Assembly: GCF_006345805.1 (NCBI RefSeq)
Contig: NC_042999.1
Location: forward strand, 146,878,001 to 146,942,000
Direction: 5' to 3'
DNA from: Octopus sinensis
Taxonomy: Eukaryota
Length of the DNA stretch: 64,000 nucleotides
This document shows, piece after piece, positions 14,087 to 28,473 of the stretch (position 1 is the stretch's first letter; every line of letters starts with the position of its first letter). The position numbers were made by a program, and so were the translations under genes. The notes under the pieces are model-generated. The model saw only the letters and a program-made list of their open reading frames with translations. It ran no database searches and had not been told where the DNA came from.

Positions 14087-16034
14087 TGTGTGTGTGTGTG
14101 TATACATGTGTGTATATACACGTACACATAAAAACGTGTATATGCGATAAATACTCATATATGAAATGTACCGAGCAGAACAAAGACGTCCATTAACTGT
14201 AGTCAACCCTGCTGTTTGCACTTGCATAAGTGCTCAAACGAAAATCTAAATGATTGCGAAGGTAGATAACTCCAATGATATCAATTACAATAAATTTTCG
14301 GAAACAAGGACTATGTAGTCAGACATAGTTGTTGCCTCATGACCAATCGGTGAAAGTAATAATTATGACTTCATCTTGTTAACCTCCTCTGAGTTGCATA
14401 TACCTCATCTAAAAGAGCTTCATTTAGAGTAATTCCATTTCGATACAGAAAAATATTTATTTGATTCCATTAAGGCAGCTGATAAATTTCACAAACTTCG
14501 GAAGAATAGCAGTTTGTAGTGACAGTAAAATACATTTCTCGATCTCTTTAATATTGGAAAATCAATTCGATTCGAAAAGTATAGGGGCTCGGAATGTTAG
14601 ACCAACATTAGTAAATACGGTATGACGATTTTGTCATACTTGCTATTGAATAGTAGAACTGAATTATTTACAATAAGGATTAATTAGACACAAGGCAAGA
14701 AATTTAGGAGTAGGACAAACTGCACTTATCTAATCGAGTTCTTGGCACACACTGTAATTCATTGATCATAAGATAATGGAAGCAAATTGGTTTCAAAACG
14801 ATTTCAGCTAAATATCGCATAACACTATAGGCCATTCGGCTGAATCTCCAGTCCATCCCGATTCAGTTATGTACAATACTGAAGGAGTATATCAGAGAAC
14901 ATTTATGGAAGTTTTTCCTGGATTTTGTCCAAAGCAAAGTTTGGGGCCAGTATAGCACAGAAGACTACAAAGAAAGGAAACGAAATGCCTAAAAATTCAA
15001 AAAGTATAGATTGAATTAACAGAAATCTTAAAGGAGAGTATATCACAAACCGGAAGAAAACAAAACGACGATAGAGAGTTCCAGGAAAGAGGTTATTAGA
15101 ATAAAAGGACTTATGACTAACTGGAAGCTCAACAGGAAAACGTACACATGAAAAGAGAAGCGGGTGACACATTAAAAGGCCTCGATAGGGGACACTACAC
15201 TAGAAAGTTTATCAGAGCAATGACCATAGAAATATTTATAGAATATATGCTACAAATATACATTACGATCATGAACCAACAACTCCAACCTAGTAGAAAA
15301 AGGAGGAGTTCCATGTGGACAACTCAATTCTGACTTCGATCAAGCAAACTGAAATGCTCAGCAGAAAACACCAGCTCAAAGATGACAGCAATATGCAATA
15401 CAAGGCCGACTGGTGCCCCTATAGAGTTACAAGATGCTCTATGGCGCAAGAAATTTGCCACCAAATACCGCAGAACCAAATTAAGAAAGGAGACGATACT
15501 TTAGATAATGTAGCCATGGAGACACAATGTCTGAAAAGAAAGACGCGATGGTCACGGTTGTAATGTTTCACATCATAGCCATGATCGATCGTTCGCTGCT
15601 GATCGTTTGCTAAACGACATAGATTAATGAAACCAATTATACGGCAGTTAGCGTTCATTATTTCAATTTGTATAGTTTTAATTCTTTTCTTTACTTCGAT
15701 TTCTTTATTGATTGATAAAATATTGGTGGAATTGGAAAAATGTCTAAACCACTTGGTTACCTGAAAATCTGATACGTTCGTTCCAGTAGATCTTAGAAAC
15801 ATTGTAAACAGTTTCTATTGGAATACATAATTAAGTAAACAGCACTTTGTTCTATTAATAGCTGTACTGTCTCCTCCAGTGTTAACCCTCGTAAACACCG
15901 ACGTTCTGAGTCATTAGTTTTTTCTGATTTAATTTGCTGATGTTACTGATGATGGTTACATATTATATTACATAAAACATACAAAGCATCTTTTACACAC
16001 AGGCCATCTCCACTCTCATACTTTCTCTTCCAAT

Positions 16035-16167
16035 ATCTATCTGTATGTATGTATGTATGTATGTATGTATGTATGTATGTATGTATGTATGTATGTATGT
16101 ATGTCTATCTGACTGTCTGTATATCTATCTTACTGTCTGTATGTCTGTATGTCTGTCTGTCTTTCTG

Positions 16168-16199
<32 letters not shown>

Positions 16200-16319
16200 C
16201 TATCTATCTATCTATCTATCTATCTGTCTATCTATCTAGACAGACATACAGACAGACAGCCGACAGACAGACAGACAGATAGATAGATTCAGATAGATAG
16301 ATAGATAGACAGACAGATG

Positions 16320-16401
<82 letters not shown>
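16035..16401. repeat. Compound tetranucleotide tract (TATG)n-(TCTA/TCTG)n switching to (AGAC/GATA)n
   Basis: Read directly from the sequence. The polarity switches at tctaga, 16235-16240. Confidence 0.95.
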
Positions 16402-16403
<2 letters not shown>

Positions 16404-17036
16404 CAGTGCTAATAATATTTTCATGACTTAAAGACAAAGATATCTTAGGTTTTAGCAACTCATGGCAGTTGTCTGCAATACACATAGGTATTATGAATAT
16501 GCACACTCTCAAACCGGAACACAGTGCACATATATCTGTTAGTTTTATGTTGGATGCGTTTAGGTGCAGTGGCTAAACACAACGTTAACTCTATTACATG
16601 TGTAAGACTTTCGAAAGTGGTGACAGATAACAATAATAGAGCTGTGTTTTCTATTGCAAATACTGCAACACACATATGCATATATATATATATATCTATT
16701 ATTTCTGGATACGTAGGTGGGTGTGAATAAATATGACTGATGAGAGATTAGCTCAGACTAACATTTTCACATCTGACCGCTTTCAGCAATGATTATCAAA
16801 GTTCTGTTTGTTTGGAAACTTTGACTTACCAAGGTTATAAGACGGCCTCAGATTTATTCAAGTCAAACTATTAAAATATCTAAATATATATATATTTACA
16901 CAAGCACGTAGACACAAGCTCTCATAGACATGAAACAAAGAGTGAGACCAATGTAGATATATGTCAGGCTATTTAATCTATCTATCTATCTATCTATCTA
17001 TATCTATCTATCTATCTATCTATCTATATCTATCTG

Positions 17037-17078
<42 letters not shown>

Positions 17079-18672
17079 AATGATCAATCTTAATATGTAT
17101 GTTATTTTATATGTGTATATACCTGTATATTTATACATTTATACAAACATATTTATATATTTATACAACATATATATGTATAGACACATGCATATTTATA
17201 TGAGTATGTGTGTATATGTAGCAGTATTAGTAATAGGATTAGTAGTAGTAGTTGTAGTTGTAGTAGTAGTAGAGCTAAAATCTCAAGCAATGTCAAAATG
17301 TCTCCCCTTGTAACATTTAATTACACATGAAATATCATATAATCATTCTAAATATTTATATATGCATATATCTTGATTAATAAATCATGTGACAGTTTAA
17401 ACGTCATTACCACCAACATTACTGCCAATCTCATTATCATATTCATCATCATCAGCATCATCATCATCACCATAATCATGTTTGTTGTGGTCAATATCAT
17501 GACCACTATCATATTTATTATCATTTTATATATACTATATATATATATATATATATACCATGCGCACGAGCGCACACACACATGCATACACACGCATACA
17601 CACACATACACGCACACAATTATATTTGTATGTATGTACGTACTAATGTATTTATGCCTTCATTGCAACTTCTTTGCTGATCTACTCCACATGAATACAG
17701 ATTGAGTAGACTGGTGACATTCAAAGGCTTTCCAACCATGATCATTACGACTTTTACTATATCTTAATACTAGATACGGTAAAATTTATGGTTTTTTAAT
17801 ATTTATTTAAAACAGTGTAACGTAATATAAGAGATATTTAGCTACTATTTCTAACAGAACTAGTGACTTCATTGGGACCCCATGGTTTAAATTACAAGCA
17901 CTTTTGATAAACGTGAAATAAACTTCAAAGCATTAAGATCTATACATGTTTTTTTAAAGCTTTTTAATGAAGAGGGAAAGGTGTACCCATGTCCATTTAC
18001 AAGGGTTCTAAAACTTGTGGAAAGGTGCTAGAAAGGTATCCCTAAACTGGAGGTGTAGTCCAAGTGCTTGCAAAAAGATCGGGCTTTATTAAAGGCAATC
18101 AATGTGACATGTGGTGATGTTAAACTTTGCGAAAGTATGTTTTCCATGCAAATAAACCGTGGCGAGATTTGAACTCAGAAAGCAAATAAACTAGAATAAA
18201 TGCTGTAAGGTCTTTATTCCGATATTCTTATACCCGTCTTACTTACTGGTGCATTTGTTTTTTTATCGACCCTAGATGGGGTCGATAAAAAGCAAATTGC
18301 CTATGTCAAGGTTTGATATCAATGTGTAGGAAATCATAACGAATACCTCGCAAAACTCTATCCAAAACTCTAACGTCTCTGCCAATTCAATGCCTTTTTA
18401 GGTTGTCATTTTTGTTGTTTTTGGTTGTTTTTGATCTTGTCGGAGATAATGTTTAGGCTGAACATAAAACGTACACCAATCATTTACTGAGGTCAGCTTC
18501 GTTACAATCTTTTACTCCCTTCCCCGTTCTTATACAATGGCTTCATGCCACCATTTCTGAAGAGGGAAGAGAGAAAAATTGTAGTGAAGTCCCCGTTTAG
18601 TATTCTGATTTATACTACCATATTGCTATATACATGTGTGTATGTCTGTGTATGTGGGCATATATATACATT

Positions 18673-18712
<40 letters not shown>

Positions 18713-18829
18713 ATTTCTTTGACAAGAAGGCCTGTGAGAAGGAAAAAAAGGTTTCGGTTTTATGACGAAAAAGGAGGGATGTAAAACGACAGGAAGGAAA
18801 ATAGTTATAACCACAATGATAGGAACAGT

Positions 18830-18845
18830 AGCAGCAGCAGCAGTA

Positions 18846-18919
<74 letters not shown>

Positions 18920-19109
18920 CAGCTGCAGCAGCAGCAGTAGTAGTAGTAGTAGTTGTAAAGTGTGTGAAGGCAATGATAATATTGGACACAGAGAATAGTA
19001 GAGCGAGAGGGAGGAAAATGAAGAAGAAGAAGAAGAAGAAGAAGAAGAAGAAGAAGAAGAAGAAGAAGAAGAAGAAGAAGAAGAAGAAGAAGAAGAAGAA
19101 GAAGAAGAA
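18830..19109. repeat. (AGC)/(AGT)n tract followed by pure (GAA)30 at 19020-19109
   Basis: Read directly from the sequence. Confidence 0.95.
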
Positions 19110-22100
19110 AGCCGCCTCGGACGTCGACGATGAACACAATGTAGAGGGTAGTAGTGATGGCTTTTTTTTCTTTCGTATTGATACCAAAAAAAACTAGGGA
19201 AGACATTAACTGTAGAAAATGCATTAAAACCACATGGCCGAAAGAATCCACTGTGTAGTTTCAAACCGATTATCTTTTAAATGTAACCACTTCTAAGCAC
19301 CTTAACAGATTATGTCACTCGTTCGCTTTCTGTTTTAAAATCAAATACAGAGGATTGTGAACTCTACCGAACTCTGACATATTTTGTTTAGATATCAAAT
19401 GAATGATGATGCGAGTTTAAGCAGTACACAGTTCCACGTCCGTGTTTTAAGAAGAATCACTCTGATTCATTAATTAATGGCTTAAATCATTTCAAGATTC
19501 ATAATTTGACGGATTTAATGTTCCTAATCAAAAGACAATGAAAAATGGCCTTTGGCTATAGAAACTGTGAAGTGACTACACTCACTGGTTTATAACTTTG
19601 TATATTCGGTTTGGTTAATTACTATATGCTTTAACAAGTGTCAAACTGAGCTAATAGGAGATAGAATCGTTTAGCCGTCACATGCGAACGAGTATGACCT
19701 GGCAGCTTCTATCACGCTTTCGTTAAATGTTTTAGATGCTGATGTTGTGCAGAGCAGATATAAAGACACTCTCGGCATCTCCAACCTTTGATCCAAACTG
19801 AGGAGCTGCTACAACAGTCGAATGTTAAACATTTACAGCTGAGTAAACTGGAGCAATGTTAAATGAAGTGCTTTACTAAAGGGCACACCACGCTACTCTG
19901 TTCGGCAATCGAAACTACGCTTTTATAGCCGTGCGTTCAATGCCGTAATCATTAGGTTATACATTTTCATTGGCTCTACAATAACCAGTTGATATAATTC
20001 AGTGATCCATGCGTGTATTCTCTTACTGGCACTTTGACCGTATAACAAGCTTCTATGTGGCCGACCACCGTGCTAGACATACTATTCACTTGTTTCCAAT
20101 AGATACTCTGCCTTCTTTAGAGAAAAAAGGGATACTTTAAACCAATGGTTTTATAACGGTCCGTCGCGGTGCACTAGTACGCAACAAGGGATATCTAGGC
20201 ATGACGTAAGTCTTTAGAAATATAATTTCATGTTTTAAGAAATCCTTAATTCTTTGAGCATTAGTAGCTTGTTTCTGTGTTTCTCAGGTGTTACTAAACA
20301 TTGTGTCATTTTAGTTAATTTTCTTTGTAGGTATGTCCCTGGAAATAGTCTGATTTTCGATCTTAGACAATCTGGGAAAAACACATTTATTAAAAAAGAT
20401 CTCTTGTGGACTTATATCTGTGTACTAATGGAAAGAAATCCAACTGCATGGGTGAAATTTGTTTCGATCTAGGGCTTCTAGTTTTGCCAGTTCTTGAGTT
20501 CATTGACTTTGGCATTTAAACATTTATACCATCTCTGTCGCTAGAAAGATTTAACTCTTTAACATTCAAATTACTTTGTCATATGTAATGCTCATTCCTT
20601 CAGTGTTTTGAATTTATCATATATTACCTTGTAGCTCCGAGATTTCGTGAATGTTTACTTTAAGAATGACATAATAGGGTACATATGAGAGGCCTGATCT
20701 GGTCAGTTCTAAGATAAAACATAATCTGTTATGCTAAAAGGTTTAACCTTTAAATACGAATGGATTTAAAGCAGAAGCGTAAAAACGAATGAAAAATAGA
20801 AAATAGACAAAATGGTAACAAATGATAACGGTTGTGTAATACAAATTGGACAAACCTCAGCAGATTTAAATGCTAAAGAAAAAATATAAATTCAAGAGTC
20901 GAAGTGGAGTAGTAGTAAAACTATGAGAATTGATTATTTTCAGAGTGGCTGGTGATAATAAGCAAAAATAAATTAAAGTGTTAAAATATGTTATTGCGAA
21001 GTAATAAAATGCTTGTGATGGTCACAAAATATTAAGATAAGAAAAAGGGTGGTAAATTATCGTGTTGAAATAAAAGAGAAACTGTGAACCAAAAATAACA
21101 TTTGCTATCTCATTATGGTTTCGCAGTTAATACAAGCTTATTCAGATGCTACGAAACTTAGTTTTTCGTTAGACTTTGCTAAGGTGATTTTTATTGTTTT
21201 AATAAAAGGAAATAAGAATTACAAAAATCAAGAAACTGGTACACTATTAAAGATTTGCTTGCGAAAACTAAAGAGTTATAAATTTTATCATCTGAAAGCA
21301 TAATGTACGTCTGTGTCCAATGTTGTGATGAGAATCATAAACGTGTGTTTTAATGTAGAATTTTATATTCCCCAACTGATTTTATGGTATTCAATGTTTA
21401 TGCTTGTCCATTTGAGATTAACTGGGAAAGAGATAAATCTTTTCCAGTATTGTACACCAGACCGCTAACGGTTACCTTCTCCGATAATCTTGCTGTAATT
21501 CCACCATGGCTGAGACGATTAGATATAAGCACACTTCCAATATACTTAATGGATCCTGTGAGATTTGAACTCAGGCTTTAGCGCTGTTAGTCCCATAGGG
21601 TATCGAATAATTTACAAAATATCTACCGAAATGATAAGAAGAGAGATATCCTCCATATGTAATGCCGCATTCGTTTAATATTTTAACATTTACTTATGAT
21701 TTACAATACAAACTGCATGGAAACCACTGAACTAGATATATCTACACGCTATTGATTACCTTGCAACAAAACAATGTGCCTTCCCAGTAGAACTAATTTT
21801 GTAAATAAAAGAAAAAAGTCATGCATAATTTATATATTGCTGAAAGGAGTGTAAGTTTACGGTTACATACTATACGTTGGGCTCTACATTTCTACATTGT
21901 ACAGGAGGAGCTTTCATTTAATCCTCAGAAGTAATATCTAATAATTAAACAAAACATACAGTCTAGCAAGCTGCATACGGGTACCAGTTGTAAACTGCGA
22001 TAGCATTGGAAATTTGACAAAGGTAAACATCTAGTTTATAAATCTGCTTGGAATAGAGACAGATAATATATCTTCTGAACACACATGAATACATGTGTGT

Positions 22101-22309
22101 GCTTGTGTGTGCGCGTGTTTATTTGTGTGTGCGCGTGTGCTCATGTGTCTGTGTGTGTACAAATGTATAGCTATGTATATGTATATATACTTATGTATGC
22201 ATACATATATGTACACACATGGACACCATAGATATATATATATATATATACAACCACACACCCATATATATACATCCACACACCTATATATATATACATA
22301 CATACATAC

Positions 22310-22341
<32 letters not shown>

Positions 22342-22355
22342 GTACATATATATAA

Positions 22356-22413
<58 letters not shown>

Positions 22414-22537
22414 CAAGCTTGAGTTCTATGTCATCATTTACTTTGTGGGTTCCAAAGGTTGATTTCTAATAAAGATTCTTCATATTATATTGGTAGCTTA
22501 CTGTAGTAATATTTTTCGAATATGGAAATGTTACGAG

Positions 22538-22734
22538 TATAAAGTGTGTTAAGAGCATTTATAGAACATGTATCCTATAGCAACTCAACAAACAATGGAG
22601 AAGAGAAAGTGTTATAAGTTTTTTATAATATTTATTTTTTATAACTTATAACACTTTCTCTTCTCCGACATTAATTGTTTGTTGATTTTCTATAGGATAC
22701 GTGTTCTATAGATGCTTTTAACACACCTTGTATA
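22538..22734. mobile_element. Fold-back MITE-like element (long imperfect inverted repeats, mariner-like termini)
   Basis: The left arm gtgtgttaagagcatttatagaacatgtatcctatagg...caacaaacaat...ggagaagagaaagtgttataagtt pairs with the right arm aacttataacactttctcttctcc...attgtttgttga...ctataggatacgtgttctatagatgcttttaacacac. The short spacer is AT-rich. The right end reads TATACAAGGTGTGTT on the minus strand. Confidence 0.75.
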
Positions 22735-23439
22735 TATACATATGTATGTATGAGAGAGAGAGCGTGAGTGAGAATTAGAGCGTTGATGAAAATGCCTAGC
22801 ATACAGATACCGGCATTCTACGCTCTAGGTTCAAACCCCAGCAAGGTTGACTTATTTCAGGTTTTTGGTGTTGATAAGTAAAGCCATCTTTCTACCATCT
22901 TTTCTAGAAACAATGAAAACGGCAAGACCAGAAGAGCGATAGTTTCGATCAGAACAACGGTTTGACGTATCTCAATGCAACTTATATTTTCGCAGAACGA
23001 ACCCAGGTTGTCAGGCATCTAGAAATAGAGTTAGAGTACGAGATAAATCGAAGACGGCTTCTGGATGTTAACCGTCTAATGGCCAACTCAGGTCACGTGG
23101 TTTTATTAATCTGGAGGTGACATCAGTTCTTTGCTTTCTATTTAGGTCCCGTGGTCGGAGAGGATGTTGCTAAGTAGCTGTCGTCGTTGTCTGAAGACTG
23201 CGGTATGGTATATTTAGCGACATTAATTCGTTGCATCTGCTGCTACACTGTGTGTTGTTGAGCGTTAGTGGAGAACTAGCAATATAGCTGCGACAGATAT
23301 TTCATGGGAGAAAGAGTTGGTGGTGCTAGTGTTCATTGTCAGCATGAAGAAGGCTTTACTCTATACCGTCCATGTCCTTGATTATGGGGCAGATAAGCCT
23401 AAGGTGGTATATCTGGATTATCAACTGCCAGTGGTTTGA

Positions 23440-23900
23440 AGTTTATTAACAGGGCGTACCTCTGCTGGCAACTGTAAGAGAATTAATGCTTCCTGTTGAT
23501 GGATACAGCAGTTATCTGGGATATGTGCAATCGCTCGTGGAGGCAGAGTTGGCAATTGTGAGTTCAAGGTGTGTAGGCAGGAGCCTCTCAATGACACTCC
23601 ATTCAATGTTGGAGAAATCGTTCAGGCGGTCGTGAAGTCTCTTATAGGTGGAGTGTTTTCAAATGAAGGAGTGAATATGCTATGTATACCTAACTATGAA
23701 GTCATTAGCAATGACTGTGTAGTGTATCATGTCATACAATCGGATGGCGTATGATTGGCTCTATAGAACACAGCTTTTAAAAGGGAGGGCATCACAGTGG
23801 ACAGTTGGTGGGATTTCGAAGGTTACAGGCTGAGATGTGTATTTCATGTTGTGTAGATCTGCTCAGGAATCTATTGCAACGTACGATGATTGAAAAGATG
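23440..23900 (-). mobile_element. Degenerate Penelope-like element, GIY-YIG endonuclease C-terminal region
   Basis: Across frameshifts the minus strand gives ...ACNLRNPTNCPL..., ...ANDFIVRYT*HIHSF..., WSVIER / AYTP*THNCQLCLHERLHI (NCQLCLHER at 23557-23531) and ...INRKH*FSYSCQQR. This resembles the PLE pattern CPLxGxC...FKxRYxNHxxSF...WxI...YxPxxxxCxLCLxEKxxI...NKRxE...C. Confidence 0.68.
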
Positions 23901-24111
23901 ATGTATGAGACGAAGTAACGGATCTTGAGGTTGTGAATACAGAAAAGTTTGTAATACTTAGGAGTTCTACGAGAGCGTTACTCTGTGCCATTTTATCTGG
24001 AGTTGAGTCAAATTGTTATCAAATAATACATGTAACTCTTGCCAAATGTGTTAAGCACCATTTTCTTTCGTTCTGACCACTCACTCATATATACGTGTAT
24101 ATATATGTAGA

Positions 24112-24147
<36 letters not shown>

Positions 24148-24189
24148 TCTACATACATATATCTATCTATTTATTTATCTTTCTATCTG

Positions 24190-24273
<84 letters not shown>

Positions 24274-24299
24274 GCTAGCTAGCTAGCTATCTATCTATA

Positions 24300-25068
24300 T
24301 GAAACAACTGTAGAGCTCGATGAGGATGTCCTGCAAACCGTGGTGGAATAAAATCCCATTGTATATTCTGAAGAACTAGTAGAGAAGCTTGGATTTGTTC
24401 ATTCAACAATTCATCGACACCTGCGTGCCATTGGAAAAGTCAGCAAATTGGGTCAATGGGTTCCTCACAAACTTTCCGAGTCCAGCCGTGCACAGAGAGT
24501 GAATGTGTGCTTTTCCTTGTTGTGACGTCATTTGGTAGGGCGGGGGACCGAATAGTGACTGGTGACGAAAAATGGTTTCTCTATAAAAATGTCAAACACC
24601 GAAGACAGCGGGTAGGGAAAGTAGAAACACCGGCACACTAAGCTAAAGAAGGTTTTCATCCACATAAGGTTTTTGGTGGGATACGAAAAGTTTAGTCCAC
24701 TTTGAACTTTTAAATCCAAACTAAACGATAACAAAGGAGATCTACTGCGTGCAGCTTGAGCGATTAGAAGTCAGCGTTAGAAGAAAAATGAGAAAAATCT
24801 TCTTGTTAAGTGTTCTTCCATTAGGGTAAAGTGAGGATGATATTCCAAAGGCTGGAGAATTTTGAATGGGAAACGATGCCCCTCCCAACATATAGGCCAG
24901 AAACTGCTTCATCTGATTATCATTTATTTCGCAGTCTTCAAAATCATTTGGACGGAAAAATATGAATTCTGTAAATGAGGTCAGAAGAGTACTGGAAAAA
25001 TATTTTTCGTCAATTTTTGGAAGAGGGCCCTTGAAAATGTACTGGATAGATGGAAGAGCTTTGTAGAA
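24300..25068 (+). mobile_element. Degenerate mariner (DD34D-type) transposase remnant
   Basis: HSTIHRHLRAIGKVSKLGQWVPHKL (WVPHKL at 24457-24474), DRIVTGDEKWFLY (IVTGDEKW at 24552-24575) and ASSDYHLFRSLQNHLDGK near 24906-24959. Many stops, frameshifts and internal deletions. Confidence 0.92.
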
Positions 25069-25898
25069 CACGCATGGGCGAAGTGCCACGCAGTGGAACT
25101 GAACAGGGAATCATGTGGTTGGGAAGCAAGCTTCTAACCATAGATATATATATATCTATAAATATAAATGTATGTGTTTATATATATATATATGTATATC
25201 TATTTACATATATATATTCGCAGATATATACATATATGAACACATATACATACATATATACATCCATCCATCTATACATACATACATACACACACACACA
25301 TATGCATGCACGCATGCATCCATACATACATACATTCATACATACATACATACATACATACATACACACACACACATACATACATACATACATACATACA
25401 TACATACATACATACATACATACATACATAATACATACATACATAAATGTGTGTACTGAGAGGAGGATCATGCACAAAATGATCTGAAATGGAGAATAGA
25501 CTGTTCAAACTGAACTCCCTGAACCAGGAAAAATCAAGTAATACTACAAAGTAGAATACTAAATTTTTGTATAATACATGTATTCTAAAATCATGTAATC
25601 TAAAAAATGAAACAGAAATATATTTTGTGCATTTGTATACGAGATTAGAAATGGCAAAAAATATGAAGACAGTTTAAATGTGTTAAGAATAATTTTCTTT
25701 TGTTTTTTTTTTATCAAAGTTTTATCAACAACATCATATGTTGCTAGATGTAGACAGCGATATCTTTTGACTGGAAGTATTGTTTTTTCAATATATATTT
25801 CTCTAGCATGCTTATTTTATCGTATAAGCATATGTTTATTTATTTATGTATATGAATGTGTAAGTATATATATAAATATTTTGACACACACATATACA

Positions 25899-25952
<54 letters not shown>

Positions 25953-26150
25953 CTTCTATTTTTTTTTACATGTTTCAGTGATTTGGCTGTGTCTATGGTG
26001 GAGCACGAATTATTCTTTGTAAGCCAATAACTTATTTTATCGGTCTATTTTGCCGAACATCTTAGTTATGGAGACGTAAGCACATTAACATGTTATCAAA
26101 CGATGGTGGAGTGGGGGGGACAAACACAGAGACACAAGACACACACATAA

Positions 26151-26252
<102 letters not shown>

Positions 26253-26260
26253 TATGTATG

Positions 26261-26326
<66 letters not shown>

Positions 26327-27029
26327 ACACACGCATATGTGCGTGTCTGCATTGAAGATGAGTGTGTGTGTGTGTTTGTAATGTGAGATACATTTGGTTA
26401 TCATTTCTAGCCAGATTAAACGAACACAAAGAAGAGTCCTACTTTGCATTATTGTTGTTGTTATTGTCGTTGCTATTGTTGTTGCTGCTGTTGACGATGT
26501 TGTTCTTGATGTTTTTGCTCACAACGATGAGAACACTTCAGTGTAGCAGAGAAGAGTTAAAGGCCCAAAAGAGCCAAATATATATTTGTAAGGAAATAAT
26601 TTAATTTAAGACTTTGATTATTACAACCAACGTAAATGTTGTTATCTTAATGCAAAATACTGCATTCCGTTGCTAAGGACAATGATTGAGTAGATTAGTT
26701 ATCGGGGAATTGTTTCGGTTTTAAATATTCGAAAGCTGCTTATTCTAATAGCTTTAAACATAATTCATCATGTAGAAATATGTGTTTGCTTATAATTACT
26801 TTAAACCTCCATTTAAATTCTGTAGAAGCAACACACTTAGAACTTCGAACCTAACAGCTGTAACCTTATGATTTATATTAAATGCAAATATTTCTCTGTG
26901 ATTGTTGCTGTTCAGACCTTTACCTTACTTTTTGCAAAATATTACAAATCATTAAGCATCTCTCTCGCTCCCTCTTTCTCCCTCTCTCTCTCCTCTCCTC
27001 TTCTCTCTCTCTCTCTCTCTCCTCTCCTC

Positions 27030-27066
<37 letters not shown>

Positions 27067-27084
27067 TCATACATGCATACATGC

Positions 27085-27115
<31 letters not shown>

Positions 27116-28209
27116 TATATATATATATTATATATTATATGTGTTGGTGGGGAGATTTGTATATATGTATGTATCATGTGTACGTGCTTGTGTGTATGTG
27201 TGTATGAGTGCTTGTATGCCTGTGTGTGTATGAGTGCTTGTATGCCTGTGTGTGTGTGGGCGCTTATGTGTTTGTGTGTGTGTGGCGCTTATGTGTTTGT
27301 GTGTGTGTGTGTATGCATGTTATTAAAAATGTTCTTATCTGAAAATAATTTTCAGAAGAACATGGCGCAACACACTAATGAAATTAAAGTGAAATTCGTT
27401 CCGAAATTCGTTTTGTCTGGAGCTTAAAGTTTCGCCAGGTCACATTTATTCAAGTATTTATATTTATAGTTAAATTTCGCGTAGGAAGTAAAGAGCACCT
27501 AGTAACTCTGAGTGAGTATATTCATTGATTTATGCCTGACGGCAATTTCTGACAGCAAAGGATAGATGGTCGTACAGTCAGTACTGTACGGTGAAGTAGC
27601 AATAAATTATGATGAGACTATATCAATGTTTATTAAATATATTATTTATGGCTTCACTATGTAGTTACTTTCTAAACTCGGGTGGTTATTCGATATATTA
27701 CCCATTGTCCAGGTGAATATATTAAACTGCATTCAGTGAGAAAGCTTAAACCCAATCATTAGAGAATTTCAGAGAGTAAGAGGTTACTACTCCTAGGTGT
27801 GCTCAGGTTATGATAATAACATCTGCCATGGGTCCCAGTTGTTCGTCAAATCATAGAAGATAGTTCTGTCGCAAGGCACATAGAACTCGGAGAAAAGCTG
27901 TCCCGTCGAAATGTGTCAAATTAGGCAGCCGAAATGTTATATGCTAGATATGTATTCATGTCAAGTGTACCAGTTCCTTTGTCTCAGAGACTCATAGATA
28001 TTGGGCAATTAAAAGAAACCGCGAGAGAAAAGGTGACCAGTGCTGTAGATTGTAAAAAAAAAGTATGTTACTGGTGAGCGTTTTTGTATCATTTCCAACA
28101 AAGACGCAAATCTTCAGACTTTAGCAAATAGGTCGATGACCACCGACCTTCAGAGCCATGCCACATGAATAGGTATTGAATATATAGAATATTACTTCCC
28201 AAACTACTA

Positions 28210-28275
<66 letters not shown>

Positions 28276-28430
28276 ATCTATCTATCTATTTATTTACCTC
28301 TCTGTCTGCCTATCTAGTTAGTTAGATAAATAGATAGATAGACAAAGATAGAGAGCCAGACAGAGAGAGAAAGACTCGTAGATATATCGTTTTAGATATA
28401 CATATGTAGCTATGTATGTATGTACTTATT

Positions 28431-28473
<43 letters not shown>

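Noticed and set aside
14880-15810. Purine-rich, TE-like region with several 60-127 aa ORFs
   Set aside because: No recognisable RT, endonuclease or transposase motif in the frames I read, so it is left unassigned.
16735-16765. ctgatga-gag-attag-ctc hammerhead-like start
   Set aside because: It is followed by AGAC instead of GAAA, so the core is incomplete. Similar broken strings at about 345-390, 33240-33270 and 49495-49525 were also rejected.
21430-21520. Minus-strand WWNYSKIIGEGN, resembling the mGluR exon-2 motif GWNYVSTLASEGN
   Set aside because: There are stop codons on both sides in that frame and no upstream IPQISYAST/RVVP, so it is a chance similarity.
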